A stretch of 35,493 nt of DNA, from positions 1 through 35,493 of the IMG/VR virus record IMGVR_UViG_3300024181_000011; one strand, 5' to 3'. The notes under the pieces were generated by a model. That model ran no database searches, had not been told where the DNA came from, and was given only the letters and a program-made list of their open reading frames with translations. The translations under genes and the position numbers were made by a program. The stretch is from a virus (Duplodnaviria; Caudoviricetes). How positions within the stretch are numbered: the first letter of the stretch is position 1; every line of letters begins with the position of its first letter. Positions 15,978-24,835 of this stretch are shown here, in pieces.

Positions 15978-18240
15978 GCGCGGCGTTCCCCGTCCGCTGG
16001 GGTCCCAACGCGACCCGATTGTGGATGAGGCGGACAAGCGCCTGCAGAGGTGCGTTGACTATGAAAGTGTCTGCCGGACCAGCTTCATTGAGGATTATAA
16101 GTTTGCGGAAGCTGATGCTGACAATGGCTTTGCTTGGCCAGACGCTATCCGCCGCAACCGCGACATTGACGAACGCCCTTGCTTGACGGTCAACAGGACC
16201 AGGCAGCACAATCTCCAGATCATCAACGATGCCAAGCAGAACAAGCCAGGCATTGTCATTCGCGGGACTGGGAATGGTGCCACATACGAGAGTGCAAAGA
16301 CGTATGAAAGCATAGTGCGTAATATCGAATACCAGAGCAATGCCCAGACAGCGTACTCGACGGCCACTGAGTTCCAGGTCAAGTGCGGCATAGGCTGGAT
16401 TCGCGTTACCCGCGAATATAGGGACGAAGACAGCTTCGAGCAGGACCTCTTCATTCGCCGAGTCAATGATCCGCTAAGCATCTACATTGACCCGGATGCC
16501 AAGGAAGCCGACAAGTCCGATGCCAAGTTTGCTTTCGTCTTCGATGATGTTCTGAAAGATGACTTCGCTGATGCCTATCCCAGCCTAAGCGAGTTTGAGA
16601 TCGGCCAGAACGCCCTTGGCATCGGCGGGATCACAAGCAAAGATTATATTCGCGTGGTAGAGTACTTCCGCAAGCTCGACGTTGCGGACGAGCTGGCAGC
16701 AATCCGCAATTCGCAAACTGGCCAGATGGAGGTCATCCGCAAGTCAAAGCTGCCGAAGGAAATCTGGCCAGAGATCAAAGCAGACAAGACCATACAGACA
16801 AGGCCGATTACGTACACCAAGATCGAACGATATCTCATTGTTGGGGACAAGATCGTCGAAAAGACCGATGAGCTAGGCAAGTACATCCCGCTGGTGCCTG
16901 TCATCGGAGAAGAGACCCTGATTGACGGCAAGCTGGATCGCAAAGGCCACACTCGCGCTCTGAAAGATCCTGGGCGCATTTATAACTACTGGACAAGCTC
17001 GGCTGTCGAGCAGGTTGCTCTGCAAGGAAAAACTCCTTGGGTCGCTCCGGCTGCTGCCATTGAGGACTATGAGGGCTATTGGAACACCGCCAACCGGGTC
17101 AATCATTCGGTCTTGCCTTATAATGCCTTTGATGATGCCGGGAATGCCCTACCTGCTCCAGCGCGCACCAATCCCCCTGAATATGGGCCGGCGTACTTGT
17201 CTGGGATGCAGGTCGCCGTCAATGAAATGATGATGGTCAGCGGGCAGTATCAGCCGCAGATGGGAGAGCCCTCGAATGAACGCAGCGGAAAGGCGCTGGC
17301 GGAAAGGCAGCGTCAGGGCTCGAATGCTACGTATCACTTTATTGATAATCTTGGTGTTGCTATACGCCACGTTGGCAGAATTTTACTTGACCAGATTCCT
17401 CTAGTCTACGACACAAGGCGCGTGATGCAGATCCTTGCCTTGGACGGCACAGATTATGAAATCGAGGTCGATCCGAGCGCCAAGCAGGCCTACATTCAGC
17501 ACCTGAACCACGATCAGGAGATTGTCAAGAGGATCTTCAATCCGAGGCTTGGAAAGTATGATGTACAAGCCGACATCGGTCCTGCCTACGGGACACAACG
17601 CGAACAGATGTTCGATGCCCTCACAACGCTCATTGCGCAGGCGCCGGATATGGCAAGTCTCGTCGGCGACTTGTGGATGAAGGCGGCGGACTTCCCAGGG
17701 GCAGACGAAGCTGCCGAGAGGTTTAAGCGGATGCTTCCGCCGCAGGCCCTGGGCAAGGGACCGAGCCAAGCGGAGCAGCAGCTGCAGCTTCAAGTAGATA
17801 ACTTGACTAAGCTTCTGACCAAGGCCCTTGACAAGGAAGCTGGCCTGGCGCTGAAGTTGAAGGGCAAGGAGGAGATGCGCGAGATCGACGCTTTCGACGC
17901 GGACACGAGGCGCCTTAAGATCCTTGCCGATCATGGCATTGACCAAGGGACCCTGAGTGTGCTCAAGCTCCAGCTCATGCATGATATGAACCAAAACACG
18001 ATGGCCTTGGTCGCAGATGATAAGCATAGGGACGCGGATAGGGAGGCAAGCATGGCCACAATGGGCGAAGCCCCCGCCGAAGGCGGCGAAGCAAGTGCGC
18101 CAAAGGTCGCTGGCAACGGCAATGGTGCCGGAGGAGGAGGGGCTGAGGCCCCTCCGATCCCTGGTGCTCGGCGTGCTCGTGATGGCCACTGGTATGTGCC
18201 TGACCCAACGAGGCCAGGCAAGTATGCCCTGGTGGCCTAG
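15970..18240 (+). CDS. Portal protein, P22-like, with C-terminal extension
   Basis: 756 aa directly after terL; RPCLTVNR, YIPLVPVIG, KDPGRIYNYW, SGKAL..RQ.QG, GKYDV motifs. Confidence 0.95.
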   Translation: MAERGVPRPLGSQRDPIVDEADKRLQRCVDYESVCRTSFIEDYKFAEADADNGFAWPDAIRRNRDIDERPCLTVNRTRQHNLQIINDAKQNKPGIVIRGTGNGATYESAKTYESIVRNIEYQSNAQTAYSTATEFQVKCGIGWIRVTREYRDEDSFEQDLFIRRVNDPLSIYIDPDAKEADKSDAKFAFVFDDVLKDDFADAYPSLSEFEIGQNALGIGGITSKDYIRVVEYFRKLDVADELAAIRNSQTGQMEVIRKSKLPKEIWPEIKADKTIQTRPITYTKIERYLIVGDKIVEKTDELGKYIPLVPVIGEETLIDGKLDRKGHTRALKDPGRIYNYWTSSAVEQVALQGKTPWVAPAAAIEDYEGYWNTANRVNHSVLPYNAFDDAGNALPAPARTNPPEYGPAYLSGMQVAVNEMMMVSGQYQPQMGEPSNERSGKALAERQRQGSNATYHFIDNLGVAIRHVGRILLDQIPLVYDTRRVMQILALDGTDYEIEVDPSAKQAYIQHLNHDQEIVKRIFNPRLGKYDVQADIGPAYGTQREQMFDALTTLIAQAPDMASLVGDLWMKAADFPGADEAAERFKRMLPPQALGKGPSQAEQQLQLQVDNLTKLLTKALDKEAGLALKLKGKEEMREIDAFDADTRRLKILADHGIDQGTLSVLKLQLMHDMNQNTMALVADDKHRDADREASMATMGEAPAEGGEASAPKVAGNGNGAGGGGAEAPPIPGARRARDGHWYVPDPTRPGKYALVA

Positions 18241-18243
18241 GCC

Positions 18244-19686
18244 ATGCCAGACATCAATCCCCTAGTCAGTGCACAGCCAAACGGATTGCTCACCGTTGAT
18301 CAGTCCTCGGCCCTGATGGGGCCGCCAGGCTATGCAGAGCCCGGCCCCTTGGACAGCGGCCCTATCTACAACAGCCATGCTTATCAGACCTTGCTTAGCC
18401 TCGCACGGACCTTTGGCACGCCCGAGGGCCGAGTCAAGCTCGCAGATGCTTTTGCCAATCCGCCGAGGCAGACGCGCGAAGCGCGTCTTCAGACGGCGGC
18501 AGAGCTGGCGTTGAACTTCGGCGGTATTGGCGCCGTTAAGGCCTTTCATGGCAGCCCGCACGAGTTTGCGCCGGAGCCCGGTGCACCGCTGGGCCGCTTC
18601 AGGGATGAAGCGATTGGGACGGGCGAGGGAGCCCAGGCCTTTGGGTATGGGCATTATGTGGCGGAGAGTCCGGGAGTGGCGAGTACGTACAAGGGCAGCC
18701 GCGACATTGGCACCAATGACGTTACAACGTATAATGGACAGCCTATCCATGACAAACGGGGCATTATTGAGAAAGGTGCGCAAGATGCAGGCTTAAGCAC
18801 CGAATGGCAGGAAGACGCAATTTCTGCCTTTCATCACTCCCTTGGAGATATGGATATTGCACAGACTGAGTTTGGTCTGCATGGACAGGCAGTGGATTGG
18901 TTAGAGAAGAACAAAGATAAGCTTTCTTTTGTTAAAGGCAAAGACTCGGAGCCAAGCCTGTACAATGTCGTCGTGCGGCCGGACAAGCACGAATTGCTGG
19001 ACTGGGACAAGCCGTTCCGTGAGATGGAACCAGATTTGCAAGATAAGCTGGTCAAGATCTATGAAGGGTTTGGCCCTGGAAACATTTTGTCAAATAAAAG
19101 TACTGGAGAAGAGATTTATCGAGATATTGCTCGTCGCATGGGCACCACGCAGACACATGCGCCACAGGTCGGAGGTGGCTATCAAGTCACCTCAGCGAAT
19201 GAAGCGGCTGCTTCGGCCGCTTTGCACGAAGCCGGAATCCCCGGCATCAAGTTCCTGGATCAGCAGAGCCGCAAGGGTGGCTTTGTTGTTCAACGGCGTG
19301 AGCGTTGGTGGCCAGAAGATAAAGGCTGGAATCATCTTGACCATTTCGATACGCGCGAAAAGGCTGAGCAGGCTGTCAAAGAATTGAGTGACCCAACACT
19401 TTTCGAGAAGGCTTCTAAGCGAGATTACAGGATTAAAGAGAATCCGAAGACTCACAACCTGGTGATCTTCCATCCAGACAACATCAAGATCACCGCGCGG
19501 AATGGCAAGGCGCTCACGCCCGTGGACCATGATCCCTTCGCGCCGGACTTACGTCCTGTGGATCATGTGCCAGAATTTGAGGGGGACGCGCATCCTCGCG
19601 TCCCGGAGGCAAGGCGAGCGCCAAATGGGCGCTTCTATGCCTTGGACCCTGAGCGGCCTGGCAAATATGTGGAGGTGCCACATTGA
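18244..19686 (+). CDS. ADP-ribosyltransferase-like protein (ART-PolyVal type)
   Basis: AFHGSPHEF...IGTGEGAQAFGYGHYVAE...A..Y, SLYNV, LLDWDKP, GIPGIKFLD, NLVIF motifs known from polyvalent-protein ART domains. Confidence 0.7.
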   Translation: MPDINPLVSAQPNGLLTVDQSSALMGPPGYAEPGPLDSGPIYNSHAYQTLLSLARTFGTPEGRVKLADAFANPPRQTREARLQTAAELALNFGGIGAVKAFHGSPHEFAPEPGAPLGRFRDEAIGTGEGAQAFGYGHYVAESPGVASTYKGSRDIGTNDVTTYNGQPIHDKRGIIEKGAQDAGLSTEWQEDAISAFHHSLGDMDIAQTEFGLHGQAVDWLEKNKDKLSFVKGKDSEPSLYNVVVRPDKHELLDWDKPFREMEPDLQDKLVKIYEGFGPGNILSNKSTGEEIYRDIARRMGTTQTHAPQVGGGYQVTSANEAAASAALHEAGIPGIKFLDQQSRKGGFVVQRRERWWPEDKGWNHLDHFDTREKAEQAVKELSDPTLFEKASKRDYRIKENPKTHNLVIFHPDNIKITARNGKALTPVDHDPFAPDLRPVDHVPEFEGDAHPRVPEARRAPNGRFYALDPERPGKYVEVPH

Positions 19687-20660
19687 AGCCGGTTGACTAT
19701 GACCCCTTCCTGCTCGACCATGTGGCCGCCCAAGGGAATGGGGCGGACAGGTTCCTTGCCCACATGAGTCCAGGCGATTTGGTAATCCCTGAGGAGCATG
19801 TCACGCCAGAGATCCGGGCGATTCATGCACAGATCTTGGGGCGCCTTGCGCCCCGGTTCACTGTGGGTCATCCGCAGAACAGCATCAATGGCAAGACTGG
19901 GCTCATCCAGTTTGAGGATGGGGGCGACGGCGGAGATGGGGGAGATGGCACGGGTGGCAATGACAGTGGAGGGGGTGCCGTAGGTGGTGGCTCATCCACT
20001 GGTGGCCTTGGAGGCGGCTATGGTGGCTTCGGCGAAGGCGTTGGACAGAGCCGTGACTCTTCTCCCGGTGAAACTGGTGGGCAGGGCCTCGGCGGTGAAA
20101 CCGGCACCGGCCACGATCTTGGCCAGAGCGGCTGGGGCAGCGGCATGGTGGGAGGCTTCGGCAATCCGACAAGTGGGATTGGGCTGATTGACAAGGGCAT
20201 TAACGCGGCGGTGACAGATCCAGGGGGGTTCCTAGGTAAGGCCGCTGTAAACATTGGTATCGGTATGGTACCAGGCCTGGGCCTCGTGAATACGGCTAGT
20301 GGATTGCTTGGTGGACCGACCATCGGTGGTGCCATTGTCGGAGGTTTTGACCCTTCCAGCCCGAACTCGAATCAGGGAAAAGGCTTTAGTCTGGATGGAC
20401 TAGGGCAAAGCTCAGGTCCTTCTGGCATGGCTACTGGTGCGCAAGGTTCCAATCAGGATCAGCCGCAAGGCCCCATTAATAGTCTGACAACTACGCAGAA
20501 TGCTCAGGGGCCGGCGGCCATTCAGGCCTTTATTTCTCAGGCCTCGGTGAATCCCTTATTGCAGAACCTGCTCCATGCCGGCGGGCCGCTCGAGGAGCCG
20601 ACCAAGCCACAGGTCTTTGGAAATCCCTACATCAACGGCGGACAAGGAAATACGGCATGA
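19683..20660 (+). CDS. Gly-rich putative internal virion protein
   Basis: TTG start with GGAGG; G..D..LAH.SPG..VIP...SIN..TGL..F motif followed by Gly-rich and glycine-zipper-like hydrophobic segments. Confidence 0.6.
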   Translation: MKPVDYDPFLLDHVAAQGNGADRFLAHMSPGDLVIPEEHVTPEIRAIHAQILGRLAPRFTVGHPQNSINGKTGLIQFEDGGDGGDGGDGTGGNDSGGGAVGGGSSTGGLGGGYGGFGEGVGQSRDSSPGETGGQGLGGETGTGHDLGQSGWGSGMVGGFGNPTSGIGLIDKGINAAVTDPGGFLGKAAVNIGIGMVPGLGLVNTASGLLGGPTIGGAIVGGFDPSSPNSNQGKGFSLDGLGQSSGPSGMATGAQGSNQDQPQGPINSLTTTQNAQGPAAIQAFISQASVNPLLQNLLHAGGPLEEPTKPQVFGNPYINGGQGNTA

Positions 20661-20992
20661 CCCAGGGCATCCCGACCAAGCCGAACAAGCAAGGCTGGGT
20701 ACATCCCCTGCTTCGCGAGGTGGCGATTGGCTTCGCGCAGACCTTGTATGAGCGCCTTGCCCAGGACAACTTGTGGTACAAGCATAATAGGTCCAGGGGC
20801 GCGTTTGTAAGCTCCAGATGGCCAGATTTGCTCCCCGCCGTGCGAACCCACCTAAGTGCCCTTTGCTCGGCCACTTCGCCTCTTCCCGATAGCGAAAAAG
20901 ACAAGATTGTGTCAGCCTTGATCGCAGACAACGAATTGCGCCTCGGGCGGGGAAGAGCCCAGGCAGCTAGAGTGCAGAGGATGTTCCAGTAA
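20657..20992 (+). CDS. Hypothetical protein
   Basis: ATGA coupling, AAGGA RBS. Confidence 0.75.
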   Translation: MTQGIPTKPNKQGWVHPLLREVAIGFAQTLYERLAQDNLWYKHNRSRGAFVSSRWPDLLPAVRTHLSALCSATSPLPDSEKDKIVSALIADNELRLGRGRAQAARVQRMFQ

Positions 20993-21786
20993 TGGCGGAA
21001 GAGACGGAAGTCAAGGAAGAGGACAAGACCGAGGACAAGACCGAGGTCAAGGAAGAGACTAAGGTCGAGGCAAAGGCCGAAGGTGCCAAGCTTCCCGCTA
21101 CGCTCGAAGAGGCCCTAGCGGAAATTGACAAGCTCTCCAAGGGCCGGGGGGAGGTGCCTGAGTGGGCGCAGAAGCGCATCGACACCATCACGCGAAGCTG
21201 GCGAGAGACAGAGCGGGAGCGGGATGCGCTCAAGGGCCAGGTCGAGCAATTGAAGGCCGCAAAGCCCAGTGCGCAGGTCGGCTTCACTGCGGAGCAGGTG
21301 GCGCAGGAGGCGGAACGCCTCGCGGCCGAGAAAGAGTTTGCGACGGCGACGAACAAGGTGCTGGCAGAGGGCCGCAAGAGCAATCCGGGCTTTGACGCCG
21401 CGCTGCAGCAGCTTCACAATATCTCCCCGGCGATGGTGCAGACGGCGCAGGGGGCGGTGCCCAATATGCCTCGGAGTTTTGTGGAGGCAGTCATAGAGTT
21501 GGACAAACCTGCCGAAGTGTTGTCTGCCCTTGCCTTGCCAGCCAACCATGATGAAGCAGCGAGAATCATGGCGCTGCCTGCTTCGCGCCAGGGCGTTGCC
21601 TTGAGTCGCTTCGCCGCGGGGCTCGTCCCGGAGAAGGAGATCAGCAGGACGCCGGCGCCTGGGACGACCGTGGTCGCAGGGCGGGCGCGAGGCGCTACTA
21701 CGGTCTATGACGCGGGGAAGGTCAGTGCCGCTGAATGGATGGAACTCAGAAATCGTGAAATTCGCGAGAAAGCAAAGAGAGCCTGA
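20992..21786 (+). CDS. Capsid scaffolding protein
   Basis: Glu/Lys-rich N-terminus, WAQKRIDTIT coiled coil, C-terminal helix, located before the capsid gene. Confidence 0.8.
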   Translation: MAEETEVKEEDKTEDKTEVKEETKVEAKAEGAKLPATLEEALAEIDKLSKGRGEVPEWAQKRIDTITRSWRETERERDALKGQVEQLKAAKPSAQVGFTAEQVAQEAERLAAEKEFATATNKVLAEGRKSNPGFDAALQQLHNISPAMVQTAQGAVPNMPRSFVEAVIELDKPAEVLSALALPANHDEAARIMALPASRQGVALSRFAAGLVPEKEISRTPAPGTTVVAGRARGATTVYDAGKVSAAEWMELRNREIREKAKRA

Positions 21787-22361
21787 TGCCTGCTATCAAA
21801 GATGTAGGCACAATCACGGCTGAAGAACTTCGGCAGTGGTTAGACTATAATCCAGTCACAGGGCAGTTTAAGTGGCGCCGCTACAGGCAAGGCGTTAAGT
21901 CAGACTTGGTTGCAGGCAGCCTGAACAACTGTGGCTACCTTGTTATCCGGCTGAAGAATCGCCTCTACATGGGACATCGTTTGGCTTGGTTACATTTCTA
22001 CGGCGAATGGCCAGATGAGCTGATTGACCATGAACATCGTGAGCGGCATCGCACTGACATTGCTTCGCTGCGGCAAGCTACTCATGCACAGAATCGCTTC
22101 AATGCCAAGTATAACAAGAATAATACTTCTGGAATTCCTGGTGTCCGATGGGATGACAACACCAGATCTTGGTGTGCACAGCTGTTCTACGCAGGCAGTT
22201 ACAAGCTGAATAAGCACTTTGCCGAGCTTGAGGACGCAATCGCCGCGCGTAGTGCTGCTGAGCAGGAGATTTTTGGAGAGTTCGTGCCTGAGCGTGTTCC
22301 GCATAATGAGCTGCGGCCGTCTGATTTCATGGAGGAACTCTCACCAGCTGACTTTGCATAG
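21786..22361 (+). CDS. HNH (HNH_3-type) homing endonuclease with AP2-like domain
   Basis: LDYNPVTGQFKW, GY..I, HRLAW, IDH, NNTSGIPGV.W, A..AR..AE motifs. Confidence 0.9.
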   Translation: MPAIKDVGTITAEELRQWLDYNPVTGQFKWRRYRQGVKSDLVAGSLNNCGYLVIRLKNRLYMGHRLAWLHFYGEWPDELIDHEHRERHRTDIASLRQATHAQNRFNAKYNKNNTSGIPGVRWDDNTRSWCAQLFYAGSYKLNKHFAELEDAIAARSAAEQEIFGEFVPERVPHNELRPSDFMEELSPADFA

Positions 22362-22533
22362 TCCACTTCGCCGGACTCTGGCGTTGCTTTGAGTGCAAGA
22401 CTGCGAGGCCTAACTCAGCCTCAGGTGCAGAAACAGGACCCTCACCAAGTCCAAGCTCCGTTCGATGCCAAAGACCTTCGACGGCTCCACAGAACCCTAC
22501 TAACAGGCGCGCTGCGCCAATCAGGAGTCTTCG
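22362..22533 (+). promoter_or_regulatory. Structured 172-nt non-coding leader of the capsid gene
   Basis: Series of inverted repeats (22369-22383, 22384-22398, 22401-22430, 22506-22518); AGGAG RBS at 22523. Confidence 0.45.
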
Positions 22534-23790
22534 ATGGCCAACACCTTGCTCACGATTTCGATGATCACGCTGGAAGCTATCCGGCTCTTCATCAACTCCA
22601 ACGAATTCATCCAGCACATCGACCGCCAATACGACGACAGCTTCGCCCAAACCGGCGCCAAGATCGGGCAGAGCCTCAGAATTCGCCTCCCGAATGATTT
22701 TGTTGTCGCCACTGGCCCCGCCTTGTCCGCCCAGGACACTGCAGAGCAATCCATCACCTTGCCTTTGGCGACACAGAAACACGTGGACGTGTCCTACTCC
22801 ACCGTCGATCGCACCATGTCCCTGGACAATTTCAGTCGCAGGGTCCTTGCCCCGATGGTGAACAACCTCGCCGGTGCAGTGGCGGCCGACGTGATGACAG
22901 GGGTTGAGGCTGGTGTCAGCAACTTCACGGCGAACCTGGATGCAAGTGGCGCAGTGCTCACGCCCCTGGCAGGCACGTGGCTGAATGCCGGAGCGATTCT
23001 GGACCTCAAGTCCGCGCCCAGGAAAAACCGCAAGCTCATCCTTGACCCGCTGACAATGGCGCGGACGGTGACAAGCCTTACGGGCCTCTTCAACCCCAGT
23101 CGGGCCATTTCTGCGCAATATGAAAGCGGCCAGATGCAGGAGGCCCTCGGCTTCGACTGGTTCTCGGATCAGACGGTGATCAAACATCTTACCTCGTCGT
23201 ACACGGGCACGGGTGCGCCGGCAACGATCGCTGGCACGGTCCTTGGCGCCTCGCAGACCGGCCTCCAGATCGTCACGAATGCGATCGCAGGTGGCCTGAA
23301 CATCGGCGAGATCATCACGTTTGCTGGCGTCAACGCGGTGAACAGGGTCACTAAGCAGACCACGGGGCAGCTCAGCCAGCATGTTGTCACGAGTGCCGTT
23401 GCGCCTGGAGGCACGCTCATCAATATCTACCCGGCCATCATTCCAGGCGGCGTGGGCTATGTTCCGACCTCGGGCCTCAATGGCGTGCAGTACCAAACGG
23501 TCGATGTGAGCCCCGCAAATGGGGCGAATATCTCGGTGGCGACCTTGGCTGCAAGCACCTATCGCAAAAACATCGCCTATGCACCGGAGGCCATTACGCT
23601 GGCGACAGCGGACCTTGAGACGCCTCGTGGCGTCCACGAAGTGGCCCGCGAGGAGTTCGATGGGATCTCCATGCGTATGATCTCGGACTACATCATTGCG
23701 ACAGATCAAATGGTGACACGCCTTGATGTTCTCTATGGCTTTGTGTTCATTCGGCCGGAGTGGTGCGTGGCAGTCGGCGACGCGGTATAG
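22534..23790 (+). CDS. Major capsid protein, P22 coat protein (gp5) family
   Basis: MANTLLT..MIT.EA, KIG..LRIRLP, QKHV, RLDVLYG...IRPEW motifs. Confidence 0.95.
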   Translation: MANTLLTISMITLEAIRLFINSNEFIQHIDRQYDDSFAQTGAKIGQSLRIRLPNDFVVATGPALSAQDTAEQSITLPLATQKHVDVSYSTVDRTMSLDNFSRRVLAPMVNNLAGAVAADVMTGVEAGVSNFTANLDASGAVLTPLAGTWLNAGAILDLKSAPRKNRKLILDPLTMARTVTSLTGLFNPSRAISAQYESGQMQEALGFDWFSDQTVIKHLTSSYTGTGAPATIAGTVLGASQTGLQIVTNAIAGGLNIGEIITFAGVNAVNRVTKQTTGQLSQHVVTSAVAPGGTLINIYPAIIPGGVGYVPTSGLNGVQYQTVDVSPANGANISVATLAASTYRKNIAYAPEAITLATADLETPRGVHEVAREEFDGISMRMISDYIIATDQMVTRLDVLYGFVFIRPEWCVAVGDAV

Positions 23791-23812
23791 GCTCTTTTGA
23801 AAGGACAGACCA

Positions 23813-24517
23813 ATGACTCGTGATGACATCAAGGCCCGAATTGCAAGGCAATTCCAGGCCAGTCCGCAGGCGACGCACCTTGCCACCAGTGCCCTGGACG
23901 AAGTGTTCAATGCGCTGGATCGGCTTCAGGCTCTCGGAGCGCACTTCCACATTGCACCGGCGCTCGTCAGCCAGCATGTGCCACAGGAGTGGCCGCAGTG
24001 GCGGGATGGGGTCCTATGGCAAGATGAGGAACACTACAAAGCGGGGCAGGTCGGGGCGCTGCCCCCGCCCGTGAGGCCGGCCGAGGAAGGCTCCATTGAG
24101 CTTGAGGGCAAGGTGCCGCTGCAGGCCGCCGTGGTCGAGGACAAGGACGAAGTCACTTTGCCTCCTGTTCCGAGCACCTGGGTGATCGTCCCCACCGTGC
24201 ACGAGAACAGGTTGCTGAGCGATGCGCAGGCCCTGGAGCAGTACAGGGCCTCGGGGGCGCACTTTGGCAAGTTCGTGGACAAGGCAAGCGCAGACCGCTA
24301 CCTTGTCTGGCTGGAGTCCAATCCAAAGGGCGAGGCTGGGAACGAGATCGAGCCGGAGGACTTTGGCGAGGACGGCGACGAAGTCGCCGGCAAGGATAAG
24401 GCGCCGGGACCGGCAAATCCCGGTCCTGCGATTCCTGGTCCGCAGACTGCGCCGCCGACACCTGCCCCGATCCAGACTGGCAGTGCCCCGTCGCAACAAG
24501 GCAATGTGAAAGGCTAG
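23813..24517 (+). CDS. Hypothetical protein with Pro-rich C-terminus
   Basis: AAGGA RBS; WVIVPTV...HFGKF motif. Confidence 0.75.
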   Translation: MTRDDIKARIARQFQASPQATHLATSALDEVFNALDRLQALGAHFHIAPALVSQHVPQEWPQWRDGVLWQDEEHYKAGQVGALPPPVRPAEEGSIELEGKVPLQAAVVEDKDEVTLPPVPSTWVIVPTVHENRLLSDAQALEQYRASGAHFGKFVDKASADRYLVWLESNPKGEAGNEIEPEDFGEDGDEVAGKDKAPGPANPGPAIPGPQTAPPTPAPIQTGSAPSQQGNVKG

Positions 24518-24520
24518 CCT

Positions 24521-24832
24521 ATGTCAGAAACCAATGGCGGCATCTACCGCAACATGAAGTTCGACCCGTACAAATATCGGGAGTATCCCAAGTGGGTGAC
24601 TCTGGCAAGTGGCGAAGCCGTGCTCGTGGACAGTCGTAAGGCCGAGATGGACGCCGAGCTGGATCATGGCCTTGCCAAGGCCGTGCCCAGTGCAAGCTCA
24701 AGGGAAATGGACCTTGCACGGCAGCTGGCCGAAGCGCAGAGCCTCATTCAAGAGCTGCGCCTTGCTAGGGGCACCGGAACGGTGCCCTCGGAGCCCCCCG
24801 TTGTCGGTGCCGTAGGCACGAAGAAAGCCTAA
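24521..24832 (+). CDS. Hypothetical protein
   Basis: YREYPKWV motif often seen downstream of P22-type capsid genes. Confidence 0.75.
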   Translation: MSETNGGIYRNMKFDPYKYREYPKWVTLASGEAVLVDSRKAEMDAELDHGLAKAVPSASSREMDLARQLAEAQSLIQELRLARGTGTVPSEPPVVGAVGTKKA

Positions 24833-24835
24833 GCC

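Noticed and set aside
19915-20130. Gly-rich GGN repeats and GGTGAAAC(T/C)GG duplication
   Set aside because: Explained by low-complexity Gly-rich coding sequence
20995-21075. GAGGACAAGACC-type tandem repeats
   Set aside because: Encode the acidic EDKT/EVKEE N-terminus of the scaffold protein; ordinary
22327-23910. 527-aa minus-strand ORF
   Set aside because: Antisense shadow of the major capsid gene, expected in GC-rich DNA; Arg/His-rich with no motif or RBS
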